Shown: piece by piece, positions 1-13,200 of the stretch | Position numbering within the stretch: position 1 is the first letter of the stretch | Layout: every line of letters begins with the position of its first letter | NCBI RefSeq assembly: GCF_006345805.1 | Contig: NC_043020.1 | Coordinates: 2,852,001-2,916,000 of the forward strand | Direction of reading: 5' to 3' | Source: Octopus sinensis | Taxonomy: Eukaryota | Length of the DNA: 64,000 nt | Notes under the pieces: generated by a model | The model's database searches: none | Seen by the model: only the letters and a program-made list of their open reading frames with translations | Told to the model about the DNA's origin: nothing | Position numbers and translations under genes: made by a program

Positions 1-260
1 GAAGCATGAAACAGAGTGAACAGTGTGATGACAGAGTACTGAAAGCACAAGTTCCACTGGGCCAGATGTGTCACAAGGTTCAACAGGAGGATCCATGCAG
101 TTGCTGAGTGGTATCCAAGAGATTGGAAAAGGCCCCTTGGAAGACCTCCATCGTGATGGGAAGATGATCTGGTTGAGTAGTTTGTGTCAAGATGGAAGAG
201 AATAGTGCAATCAAGACAGAATTGTAAGTGCATAGTGACCAGTGGTGTACAACACAGCAT
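1..260 (+). mobile_element. RTE-type LINE, decayed 3' end of ORF
   Basis: Translates approximately to KFHWARCVTRF...EWYPRDWKRPLGRPP..WEDDL, the typical RTE C-terminal W-x-P..R..GRP..RW.D motif. Confidence 0.7.
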
Positions 261-448
261 CTAATGATCTAGTCGATACTATACTGTACTATATATAGTA
301 TATTATATATGTAATGAAAACAGATGATGGATGGGTTATTTGGCATTGCTATTAAAACGTTTGTTTTGTTAAGAATCTTTATTGTGACATAAGCATAGTA
401 CAGTGATGTATGGAGTATGCACATCCGTAAAATTATGAAATATGTGAA

Positions 449-608
449 GGAGTGGCTGTGTGGTAAGTAGCTTGCTTACCAACCACATGCTTCCGGGTTC
501 AGTCCCATTGTGTGGCACCTTGGGCATGTGTCTTCTACTATAGCTTCGAGCCCAAAGCCTTGTGAGTGGATTTGGTTGAGGGAAACTGAAAGAAGCCTGT
601 CGTATATA

Positions 609-699
<91 letters not shown>

Positions 700-890
700 G
701 TGTGTGTTTGTCTCCCCACCATCACTTGACAACTGACGCTGGTGTGTTTACATCCCCGTAACTTAGCGGTTTGGCAAAAAGAGACTGATAGAATATGTAC
801 TAGGCTTCCAAAGTATATGTCCTGGGGGTTGATTTGCTCGACTAAAGGCGGTGCTCCAGCATGGCCACAGTCAAATGACTGAAACAAAAG
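449..890 (+). mobile_element. tRNA-derived SINE family A with an internal (TA/TG)n tract (exemplar)
   Basis: Head GGAGTGGCTGTGTGGTAAG...GGTTCAGTCCC (A/B-box-like); tail CAGCATGGCCACAGTCAAATGACTGAAAC. Further copies at about 3852-4085(+), 10985-11363(-), 13940-14080(-), 21365-21745(+), 35310-35720(-), 37755-38070(+), 41945-42105(+), 44790-45640(-, interrupted), 56560-56905(-), 61420-61815(-). Confidence 0.85.
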
Positions 891-978
891 AGTATGTCAT
901 GCAACTCTCAGCTCGTCAGGCAACCACATGAACAAACGAGGAGTGACATTTTAATTAATCAACAGCTCGTCATACAGG

Positions 979-1365
979 TGGCGAGCTGGCAGAATCGTTA
1001 GCACGCCGGGCGAAATGCGTAGCCGTATTTCGTCTGTTGTTACGTTGTGAGTTCAAATTCCGCCGAGGTCGACTTTACCTTTCATCCTTTCGGGGTCGAT
1101 TAAATAAGTACCAGTTACGCACTGGGGTCAATATAATCGACTTAATCCGTTTGTCCCCTCTGTGTTTAGCCCCTTGTGGGTAGTAAGGAAATAGGTATTT
1201 CGTCTGCCGTTACGTTCTGAGTTCAAATTCCGCCGAGGTCGACTTTGCCTTTCATCCTTTCAGGGTCGATTAAATAAGTACCAGTTACGCACTGGGGTCA
1301 ATATAATCGACTTAATCCGTTTGTCCCCTCTGTGTTTAGCCCCTTGTGAGTAGTAAAGAAATAGG
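979..1365 (+). mobile_element. tRNA-derived SINE family B with a ~170-bp internal tandem duplication (exemplar)
   Basis: Head GGCGAGCTGGCAGAATCGTTAGC...GAGTTCAAATTCC; body TTCATCCTTTCGGGGTCGATTAAATAAGTACCAG. About 1025-1195 is repeated at 1196-1365, and CpGs are retained (young copy). Other copies at about 17625-17765(-), 25140-25320(-), 42715-42965(-), 55085-55275(-), 56905-57315(-), 59260-59490(-), 60500-60665(-). Confidence 0.85.
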
Positions 1366-1544
1366 TTGTATGTCTGTGTGCACATATGTATGTGTGAGTG
1401 TGTGTGTGAGTGTGTATAAACGTGTGTGCACGTATGTGTCGAAACGCATGGTCATGCAATCATTAAGGCATTTAACGGTTAGAGAAATGCAATCGTTCTC
1501 TATAACAAGAAGAACAATACATTTCCGCAATCCGATATACTTAC

Positions 1545-1667
1545 CAAAGCATGAGACCTGGTCAGCTGCCATCCTGAATCCCTGCGGACAACTACAACGG
1601 AAGGAACCAGGAAGGTTCTCACATTCATAGGAACACCGTTTGTAAATTCCATTACATTCATCAATAT
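1545..1667 (-). CDS. FBLN1: Fibulin exon: cbEGF (last exon in the window)
   Basis: tttcag|AT ATT GAT GAA TGT ... TGC TTT G|gtaagt, 123 nt. [41 protein letters not shown]. Confidence 0.93.
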
Positions 1668-2993
1668 CTGAAACAAGGAAGAGCAGCATTTACCAAAATA
1701 GCTTCTGTTATTATTATTATTATTTTTTTTTTCCTAAGATGGCAAGCAAGCAAAATCGTTATGGCTTAGCAGTATTTCTTTCAGCTCTTTAAATTCTGAG
1801 TTCAAATTCTGCCAAGGTCCACTTTGCCCTTTATCCTTTCAGGGTTAGATAAAAAAAAAATAGCAGGGTGCATGAAATTGACTTATTCCCTCCCCTAAAA
1901 TTATTGGTCATATGTCAAAAGTTGAAACCATTTTATAATTGTTATTATTATTATTATTATTGTTATTATTATTATTATTATTATCAAGTGAGAGAGCAGT
2001 GCATGCCATCAAAGTGACACTGGGGTAAAACATACGAAGCCCAGTTTACCTTTTTTCAGACATATGATGGATCACCAAGTAGAAAAAAAAACGAATTAAT
2101 TTATCTGATAACTCCATAGTTTGCACTAAAATGGTTCCCAAATCTTAGTCTATGGTATAAAGAAATTTACAAACCTTGGCAAGTCCTTTTGTCAGGGTTC
2201 AGTTTGAAGCCCGGTCGACAGTTACAGCGGAAAGATCCCTGTGTGTTGGAACAGTAGTGTTCACATTGGCCTCCATTTTCACATTCATTAATATCTATGC
2301 GAAAATGAGGGAAAAAAAGAAAACAGAAGCAATATTATTTTGATGGTATCAGACATTGTTTACCCAATTTTGTGTTCAGCTATTTGTATGTTGTAATAAC
2401 TTGTTAAATCTTTGGTGGGAGAAGGAATGTATTTAATCCTTTAAACTGTAAAATTAAATTTTGTTATTATCTGCCAAAAAATCTCAACAGAAGATAGTTT
2501 CAAATGTGACCTTCCCCAACAAAAGATACATTGGTTTACAAAACTACTTTCCACAGTTAAGGGTCCTTAAAATCCTTAAATCCTTAAAAATGTTTTAGCC
2601 CGAAGGCCGTGGCCATGCTGGGGCACCACCGCTGGAAAATGAAGTTTTGAGTGGAAATACCTGCTTTCTGCAGTAAAATGGTTAATGTCCACATATCAGG
2701 TTGAAATACCTGTGTATATGATATGTATGCAAATGTGAAATGGTATTAGCTCTCAGGGTGTCTTTCTATGAATTATAAGATTTAGTACATAGATGTTAAG
2801 GATCGTGGAAGACACTTAACCATTTAGTACCAATCTCAGTTTTCCAGTATGATCTAACCTCATGTCAATTCCAATTTCTCCAACATATTTCTTGAACTTG
2901 GTTGTTAGTGCTCCGAGTGTCCCTACGACTACTGGTATGACAGCTACTCTCTTTATTGCCCACATTCATGCAATTTTGCCTTTTAGTAACTAC

Positions 2994-3048
<55 letters not shown>

Positions 3049-6000
3049 GATGACACTTAGTATGCGGTATCGTGAGATTGTTGTTTGAAGGTATTATCTC
3101 CTGGGGGCTTTGTACTATTTGTCAAGTCACAATAAGGATCTCAGACAGACAGTACTTTGCGCAACATGCATGAAGTTCCAAGTAATGTCCATTTTTGCAA
3201 TACACCTAGATTGCGGGTTATTTCTAAAGTCTCCAGATGTTTCTTCAGGTTCTGAAAACTTTTATTATTATCATTATTATCATTATAATTATTTTTAAAG
3301 AATAAAATATTTTGAATGACACAACAATGCACATAATACAAACAATACAAGCAATGGAACTGTTGTAATTTCATCATCCATAGTCTGATATGATATTTTG
3401 GAGTAAAATTCCTTCTTCAGTTATCCCTAGGAATTGATGGAGTCACTGCTGTAATCGGTTTTATAATTTTCATTTTCATTTGTAGTGGTGGTGATGCCTT
3501 ACCTCTGCAGTGTCGACTGCCAGAATGCATTTCATATCCTTGTTTACATTCACATTTAAAGCTGCCCAGGGTGTTGATGCAGATAGAGTTTCTGGAGCAA
3601 TATCTATGTTCTCTGTTACATTCGTTGATGTCTGCAATAGGAAAGAATACATTGAATTTAGTTTGTTCTTTAGTATAAGGTACAGGCATAGCTGTTGTAG
3701 TTAAGAACACCACTCTGCAACCAACTGGTTCTGGTCCAAGAGGGAGTGACAATTAAGATAACTGACATAAAAAAAATTAGAGAGTATTGCTCCAGTATAG
3801 CCACAGTTCAGTGACTGAAATCAGTAAAAATGAAATTTTTTAAAAATGGGGCGAGACTGTGTGGTAAGAAGTTTGCTTCCCAACCACAGGGTTCTGGGTT
3901 CAGTTCCACTGCATGGCAGCTTGGGCAATTGTCTTCAACTATAGCTTCAGGCCAACCAAAGCCTTGTGAGTAGATTTGGTTGATGGAAACTGAAAGAAGA
4001 CTGTTGTATATATATATATGTATATATATCTGTGTGTGTCTTTGTGTCTGTGTTTCTCTCCCTCCACCGTTTGATAACCAGTGTTAAAGTACTTAGACAC
4101 CTTTGATGAGAACCACAGTGGTTTAGCAGACTAAGACAAATGCAGTGACCAGCAAGTGGTACATTGAAGTGGCCTTCATAGGGAATTGCCTTAAAGGGCT
4201 GGAGTGCTTTACCTGCCCTGAATTTGCCAGAAGGATATCAAAGGGGGTATTGGAGCACCTGAGGGAGTCAACTCTTTAGTTTTCTGTTGAGGTTGACTCT
4301 TGCAGTCTTTTCCTTTCCCTAGGCACTCGCAAGGCAGTAAGGCTCTGCCCAAATGAGCATTAACCCTTTAATGTTTAACCAGTCATATCTGGCCAAAATA
4401 TCCCACCTGTTTTAGGTATTATACCAGTCAGATCCAGTCTCTCACACCTACCCTAAATATCTTTCTAAAAATAAGCAATCACATTATTGAAATCTCAGTT
4501 ACAAGATAATGCATGATAATTCAAAGTAATGTGAATAAAGATGCCTTATATTTCACAGAGGAATCTGAATGCTAAAGAATTAAATAAATTTGAAAGATCG
4601 AACTGGCCACAACAAAATAATCAAAATAAAAATGTTACAAATAAAATTGTTCACAATTAGATTTAATGTAAAGAAGAAAAAGCAAAAAGATGTGTAAACC
4701 TTCACAATATCCAGATGCAAGTTTTATGAAACCAGTTTTACAGTCACAAGTAAAGCTGCCTGGAGTGTTCCGGCACATTTGGTTGTGACGGCACGTGTGG
4801 TTGCCTGCACTGCATTCATCAATGTCTGAAAAGAAAAAACAAAAAGAATTGGTTCATTAACTCTTTGAATATGTTGTCTACAATGATGATGATGTATATT
4901 AATGATTATATACATTATATACAACACTGGTAAATGAAGCTGGGATTGCTTTATATACAAATAAATATGATAAATGCTCATGCAGAGAAAAATCAAAATG
5001 TCCTTTGATGCATCACTGTATGAGTACAAAGTTTGTGTATAAATGTACCGTGCACACAAGAGGAGGGCTGTATGTTTACATTGGGCAGATGGCTGATTCA
5101 TTTAAGAATGATTATCGTAACAATGTTGCCAGCTTTAAGGCAATCAAAAAGAGACATTCAACATCTTTGGCAGATTTTGTATGGCGACTGAAGGAGGATA
5201 AATTGAAGTACAAAATTAATTGATCCATAATAAGGCACGCAAAACCATACAATATAATTTCCAGGAAATGCTGTCTCTGCTCCAAGGAATCCCTGTCTGT
5301 TCTATGGACTAACGAGAAGATCATTAATAGAATTTCTGAACGACTCCTGAGATGCCTAGATGCATATAAGTGTACTTTCGCACAATGCAGTGGGAGTGAA
5401 TTTTGAGTAACCGTTAACATAATTTAATTTAATTTATTTTAAGGTGTGGATGACTTAAGTTTACTTTTAACCTCCCCGTTCTTACAAACACCAAGTAGAT
5501 AGGTAATTCGCTTCGTGATCATGAGTGCACTAAAAACCTCACGTTTGCGTATGCTCACATTTCTGCGGATGCTTGTATGCACCCTGCAGCTTACCCGAGG
5601 GTGGTGTTAATACATCCATATTTGTTAACGGTTATCTTTAATACTTCTCTCATTCGATTGCATGTTCGTTTCTCTTTTTTTTTCATTTGTGATTTTATTT
5701 TTGATCTTCTTTATAAATGAAGATATTTCCTCCGCCTGGCTGCTTTTCTTTCTACAAAATGAGAAGTTACATTGCGGAATTGTTATTCTAACGAGTTGCA
5801 TCTATTCATCAATAATGAGATACATCTGCACTGCCGGATACCCCTGAACCAGTTGTTGAGTGTCCCACCCATCAGGGATCGATGCTAAATGTGCTGAAAC
5901 AATTGTTGTGATTAATAAATTCTAATATATTCCATCTTCCAAATTTCATTTCATTTGCCATATATGTGTGTGTGTATAGATGAGAAGTGGTTAGGAGTTT

Positions 6001-7160
6001 ATGCAAATCAAAAATTATAGTTACAAAAAGTAAATGAAGTTGGAAAAAGCAGAGAAGTATATTTTGTATGAGTTCTTAATTAAGTTTTTGCTTTTGACTA
6101 AAACGAAACTTCATTAAGAACTCTAATTTGGGTATAAACTGTTCAACCCCTGGAAAAGAGTATTTTTTTCTCTCTGATTCACACCAAAATTCTTTCTAAT
6201 ATTTCTAATATTTGATGAGATGGACACATCGGAACTGGTTATATTTTATTACCCATCTAACACCTTTTCAAACTCCACCCGTCTAACACCCGTGGACATA
6301 TTTACAAAGTCAGAAAACAGCACAGCTCCTTCCATGACTTATGGAAACATTTTTTCACGCTGAGAGTTGCTGAAGCATGGAACAAACTGCTGGCATCAGT
6401 TGTTAGTTGACGGAGCACTGCATCCTTCTTCCATGCTTTCTGAGATTCGCCAACACTACACCTGATTTTCTCCCCTCCATACACACACAAGCATGTATCT
6501 GACTCATACACTGTTCGCTTTCCAGACATTTGTACATTACTGCATATGCTTTATATGCACTTTCTGACAAGTTGTGGTGCACCTGAGCACTGTATACAAT
6601 AATTTCATTATTATTATTATAATATACTTCTGTACCTTTTCCGACTTCATTTCGTTTTTCTAAGTATTTATATGTGTGTGTGTGCATATATTTACATATA
6701 TACATACAAACATACATATATATATATATATAGGTGTGTTGAAACAATTGTCATGGTTAATAAAAATACTCATATATACCATCTTTTGTTTTTCCTTTAC
6801 CATTATACATATATATATATACATACATATATCCCCTACACCAAAAAATCCAGAACTACTTACCTCCCTTACAAATATTCTTTTTACTCGGGAACTATTA
6901 AGACCTGACACCGTTCATTAACCCGGTTCATTCAAAGTGATGAATTGTTTGACGAAACCGTCGGTATGCATGAATCTCTTTAATTATCTCATAATAATGA
7001 CTTTCATTACTTTTATTCCTACCTCAGTTCATCTAAATGTATATATCTGTCGTTACCTTTCATAAAAAGCCTTTTCTTTTTTTATTTGCATTTTCGTTTA
7101 TTTTTCTTAATTTCCCCTTACATTTCCACGTGGAGTTTCTATTTTCTTTTTGTAACATAT

Positions 7161-7229
<69 letters not shown>

Positions 7230-10200
7230 GTGTGTGTGTGTCGGAGGATTAAGGTCCCTGGTAGTGCATATGTTTACATCAGTGGTTTTCAACCAGGGTT
7301 CCGCCTGTACAGTGCAGGGGTTCCGCAAGAAGTTACAAAACTGCTAAAATCGGCAGTAATTTTTAATTCTCCTGTGCAGATATGTGTGCATAAGACTATT
7401 AAATTATTGCACAGGGGTTCCTCGAGCCAGTGGAATGGTTCCTTGGGGTTCAACTCCAGCAAAAAGTTTGAAAAGCACTGGTTTACATTTATGTACACGC
7501 GTACACACACACACATTTAAAGCAGGAGAGTTTTTCTGTCCTTATTACAACACCATCAATAATGCAATCTCAGATGTGTCTCTTTGGCAATTTCCGATAT
7601 ATTACGTGATAATCGTTTCCTAAATACTTGTATAATACAAAAACCCAAAAAACTGGAGGACAAATATTGGTTAATATAGGGCGTAACAAATATCAGAAAA
7701 TCAAAAAAAAAATGTGTGTAATAGGTGTAAAACAACTTCCTATGAACGAATATGAAAAAAAAATTCGCGCACGCGAAAGGGGGGTGGGGGAGAGGCCTCG
7801 GAAAATTCACATCGGGAAGTTCCGAAAGCGTCTGAGGAGCTGACCCGGGCACCAAAACAAAAACAAAATAGTGTAATATGTGTAAAACAACTTGCTCTAA
7901 ACGAATATGACAAAAAAAAATGCGCTCGCTCTCGCGAAAGAGGGGTGGGAGAGGCCTCGGATATTTATATCGGGAATTTCCGAAAGCGTCTGAACCGGGC
8001 ACAAAAACAAAAACAAAAACAGCGTAATAGGTGTAAAACAACTTGCTCTAAACGACTATCATGAAAAAAGTGCGCGCTCGCGAAAGGGGGGTGGGGGAGA
8101 GGCTTCGGAATTTCACATCTTCAGTCCACGGCCTTTAAACTAAGAAAAAAGTGTAATTGGTGTAACTACTTGTCTAAAGCGAAAACGAGTATCAAGAACA
8201 CACACTCACACATGAATCATAAACTCCGTATTTCGCAAAAAAAAAAATAAAGAGAAGAAATTCTGGAAAAAGTGAAGAAATGTTGGATCTCCGCCATGTG
8301 AATCAAAATACGTGTCAGAAACATCTTGAAATACTACAGAAATATGTCGAAAATGATAATGTATACATACCTCTTTGAGTGGTCCATCGATAATATGATA
8401 AAGAAATGAGTTGGATTTGAACTCAGAATATTGACTAACACAACTACATACTACAAGACTCAAAATATTCAGCCAAGTCACCACCCTTAACTAGCAATAA
8501 TAATAACATCAATAACATAACAGCCAAAAGATTTATTTGTTCTGAAAATAACAATCATAGTAAATAAATATGTTCTTTAATATTCACATTCATGTGCACA
8601 GTTAAACACCTTACATACAAACAGTCACGCATGCATAATACAGAACGGAAACATAAATGAAGGATGCATTACTTAGTATATATTACATCTAGAGAATTTT
8701 GATTAATAAGTCAAATATGCAAATTATAAAGATAATTAATTGCTTTACTAAAAGTGTTGTAAAGGTGAAAAAATAAATTTGGGAAAAAAATACACGCCAA
8801 AACTAATTAATAAGGATAATTAGGGAAGGATTGACACAAAATAATAATTTTTTCTGTCTCTTTTTTTCTGATAAATGCATCTTAATAAGTGAAAAGAATT
8901 GCATATATCTGAACTATTTCAAAGAAAAGCATAAATTTAATGTTTAAAAAGCTTTAACCAAGGAATGAGATCCAACATTTCTTCACTTTTTCCAGAATTT
9001 CTTCTCTTTATTTTTTTTTTTTGCGAAATACGGAGTTTATGATTCATGTGTGAGTGTGTGTTCTTGATACTCATTTAGAACAAGTAGTTTTACACCAATT
9101 ACACTATTTTTTCTAGTTTAAAGGCCGTGGACTGAAGATGTGAAATTTCCGAAGCCTCTCCCCCACCCCCCTTTCGCGTGTGCGCGAATTTTTTTTTCAT
9201 ATTCGTTCATAGGAAGTTGTTTTACACCTATTACACACATTTTTTTTTTGATTTTCTGATATTTGTTACGCCCTATATTAACCCAAATATTTAAATGAAT
9301 AAGATTTTTACATGTAGGGTTTCCTATGCCTTCAAAACTGCATAGAATTAAAGAAACTGAAGGAATACCTCGACAACGAGTTGCTGCGGCATCGTACCAC
9401 AATCCCACTCCGCAGTCTATTGTGTTGCTGCAATAATAAGACCCAGGAGTGTTATGGCACACTTGGTGGAGCCTGCACGTGTCCATACGTTGAGTGCATT
9501 CGTTGATATCTACAAAGGAAAATTGTTTGATGAAATAAAAAAGCATAAAATAAAAACGGAATTAAACAATTTTGTTTTAAATAAACAATATTTCAAAATT
9601 TGAGTTGTAGATATTGTTTAACCCCGAGTCAGCCTGACTGAGCAGACCTAGGCTGAAAAGTGTTCAAAGCCATGATCATTCCATTTTGCCTCAGGTATAG
9701 TATAATATATATATATATATACTTTATTAAAAGCAGCAGAAATTCAACAAAACCTGTTACTCCGTGTAACAGGTTTTGTTGAATTTCTGCTGCTATTAAA
9801 TAAAGCATATTACTCTACCCCTGGTATTTGAGTACTCTTTTTTCCACCTTGTTTCACATTTATGTGTTTACTCCGGTATATATATATATATATATATATT
9901 TTGAAAAATTTGATTTAGTATTTCTAAATTGAATTTTTCCCTGTAAGTTAGGAATAATATTTCCTCAAATAATAATTATTATTATATATATATATATATA
10001 TTCTATGGTTGGGTTCCAACCTGGGCTGTAGCAGCAAAGTCCACGACACTTCTCAGTCCAACATCATTGCCTTAAAATCCTGGATACATTCCAGGCCAGT
10101 GTCTGTGGTCAAGTTGTCGCTGTAAGTATGACAATGTTTTCCTCATCTTATATCACCAGGAAGCGGGTTCCACAAGGCTAATTCGGAGAGTTCCAGTTTC

Positions 10201-13200
10201 AGGGTGGCACATACAGGGACTGGACAGTCGCAGCCATCTTTGCCTGATCTTCTGGCTAACTTTTGGCAGATCTCCATAAAGGAATTTGGACTGCATTGTT
10301 TAATACATCTTCTTGTTTTGTTTTTAATATCAAAGTGTAATGTGAGAGGTGATAGTGCAAGACCTAGTGGTTAATGGGTTGCACTCACAATAGCAACCTC
10401 GTAATGGAGTGGCATCCCCTCCAGGGGCAATGTTGTGAACTCAGTCATTTATATAGCATAGAAACTGGGTAACTGGCTCTGGGATTCCAAGGATTTGGGA
10501 TAGCAATGTCCAGAGTAATGTGAGGTGGGGGGGTTATTTGTCTGCTATTTCTAGCAGGACGTGACCACAGAGTGGTTATGTCATTCACTAGTCAGGAAGT
10601 GTTGTGAAGGAAGGATGATGTGATGTAGTAATGCCATGAGGGGTTGTTTAGTGGAATGTGAAGATGTTTTGAGACATATGTAGTGTGATAGCAAGGATAA
10701 TTGTTTTGTTGGCTAGCTCCAGCTGGCCTTAATCAAACAGACCTTTTTTACTGCTTAGTCAGAGAGGGAAGAGGAGCTCCCATGACTCCTTATTTTTTTG
10801 TTGGAATGTTGGAAAAAAAAGAGGAATTTCTCCTCAGACTGGAGACCTGGCCTTAATGCTTCCAACAGTCACAGCTGTTTGGTTAAGAAGCTGGCTTTGC
10901 AACTGAATGGTTTCAAGTTCAATTCCACAGCCATGCTTGTGCCGATACCCGTGTAAAATGATACGCTAAGCTACGTCCCTTTATCTTTTACTTGCTTGAG
11001 TCATTAGACTGCGGCCATGCTGGGGCACTGCCTAAAAAATTTTAATTGAATGAATTGACCCCAGTATTATTTTTTTAAAGTCTGGTACTTATTCTATCAA
11101 TCTTTTTTGTTGAACTGATAAGTTACAGGGACGTAAACACACCAACACTGGTTGTCAAAGTGGTGGTGGGGAACAAACGCAGATACACACACACACACAC
11201 ACACATGATGGGCTTCTTTCACTTTCTGTCTACCAAATCCACTCACAAGGCTTTGGTCAGCCCAAAGTTACAGCTGAAGACACTTGCCCTAAGTGCCATG
11301 CAGTGGGACTGAACCCTGGAACCATGTGGTTAGGAAGCAAGCTTCTTACCACACAGCCACACCAGAAATGACCAAAACTTGGTCTTTTAATAAGTAAAGA
11401 TCAATAAACTAGATACCAGATGGAGATACATACTGGGGTCAATGTGGTCAAGTAAGAATCTCTTCAAATCAATTTAAAAATAACCCCAGGTCAGCTCTGA
11501 CCAGACTGATTTATGATCAAAGACATTCCAGCCATAGCAATTCCATCTTTTTTGTATTTGATATTTCTAGGACCACATTATTCAGTGTGCCCCAGCATGG
11601 CCATGATCCAATAATTGAAGTGAGCAAAAGAGTAACACCACCCTGTGGACTAAAAAAATACCATGTCATTATCCTCACCAACGCAAATGTTATTTCGACG
11701 CCAAAATCCTTTTTCGCAATCCTGTCTTGGTGGACTTACACAAATTTTAGTTAGTTGGTTGAGAATGGTCCCTGGAGGGCAAATTAACTTCTTTTTCTCA
11801 CAGCGGAAAGAACCTTGAATATTACGACACTTCATGTTGCCACAGTTGTGGACCTTAAGAGCACATTCATCGATATCTGGAAGACAAGAGAGGAAAATTC
11901 AAATGAATGGAATGATATTGATGGTAATGATGGTGACGGTGCAGAGGAGAGGTTCCCAAGCAGGGTCTATGGGGTCCTTGGTGTTGCAGTGTTGGTGTTG
12001 GTATCATTTTGTGGGGTCCACGTAAGCAAAATAGCAAATTGGGTCCTCATTATTATTCTAAAGATCCATGAAAAAATTTTGCTTTCAGCATCATCATCAT
12101 CATCATCATCATTGTTTAACGTCTGCTTTCCATGCTAGCATGGGTTGGACAATTTGACTGAGGACTAGCGAACCTGATGGCTGCACCAGGCTTCAATCTT
12201 GATCTGGCAGAGTTTCTGAGAGTGTAGTGGGTGCTTTTATGTGCCACCGGCAATGGGGCCAGTCAGGCGGTACTGGCAACGACCTTGCTCGAATCTTTTT
12301 ACACATGCCAATGGCACAGGTGCCAGTAAGGCGATGCAGGTAACGATCACGCTCGAATGGTGCCTCCTACATGCCACCATTGCAAGGAACAGTTAAGTGT
12401 CTTTCTCTGACGTTTTGCATTGTTCAACTTACACAAGTTAATGGGGGAAAAGTAACACAGCAATTTTGAAAGGAGCATTAATGACTTATAGGGAGACTGT
12501 ATTTCGTCATGCAACACTAATATACTCAAAAGTATATTAAACGTTTTTATAACCCAATACCATGTTCTTCTGTGTTAGCAGGGCAATTTACATCACTTGT
12601 TAAGGTTGTTACTACATCATTGCTTTTTATGTGGCCCCTTGGCTCTAGGATATCACTTCTGTTGTGGTGGGTGGGTCTTCGTGAGTACAACAATGTGCCA
12701 CATATCTCTTGGTGGTGGTGTGTTTTTGGTATTGGGTGTGGTGTTCATGTTGATGCTAGTGTTGTAGTTGGTATCATTGTTGGTGGTTGTGGTGGTGGTG
12801 TAGATTTAATAAGAAAAGAAAAAAAACAATAAAGAAACTGCACAAGTCCAAACTGCTGATAAAGTCAACTCACCTTTACATTGCTGGGTGGACTCGTCCA
12901 AGGTGTAACCAGTGCCACAACCTAGAATACGACGACAACTGTAGGAACCGACTGTGTTGGAACACTGCATCCCAGCGGGACAGGCGTCAGAAAGGGCACA
13001 CTCATTAATGTCTGAAACAGAAGAAGAAGGACAGATGTTAGTGCTGTTGTTGTTGGTGTTACTAGTGCTGCTGTTCCCACCACGACCACCACCACTACTA
13101 CTACTAGTGCTGCTGCTGCACTCATTTTGACAAGATCAGGAACAAAGAGAGTCTCCGGCATGGTGGTCTGCTTCCGATGCTGGAAATCCTTATTTATTGG

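Noticed and set aside
8206-8484. Signal-peptide-like ORF inside the foldback spacer (captured exon?)
   Set aside because: The sequence is a decayed family B SINE head (GGTGGTGACTTGGCTGAAT...TCTGAGTTCAAATCC).
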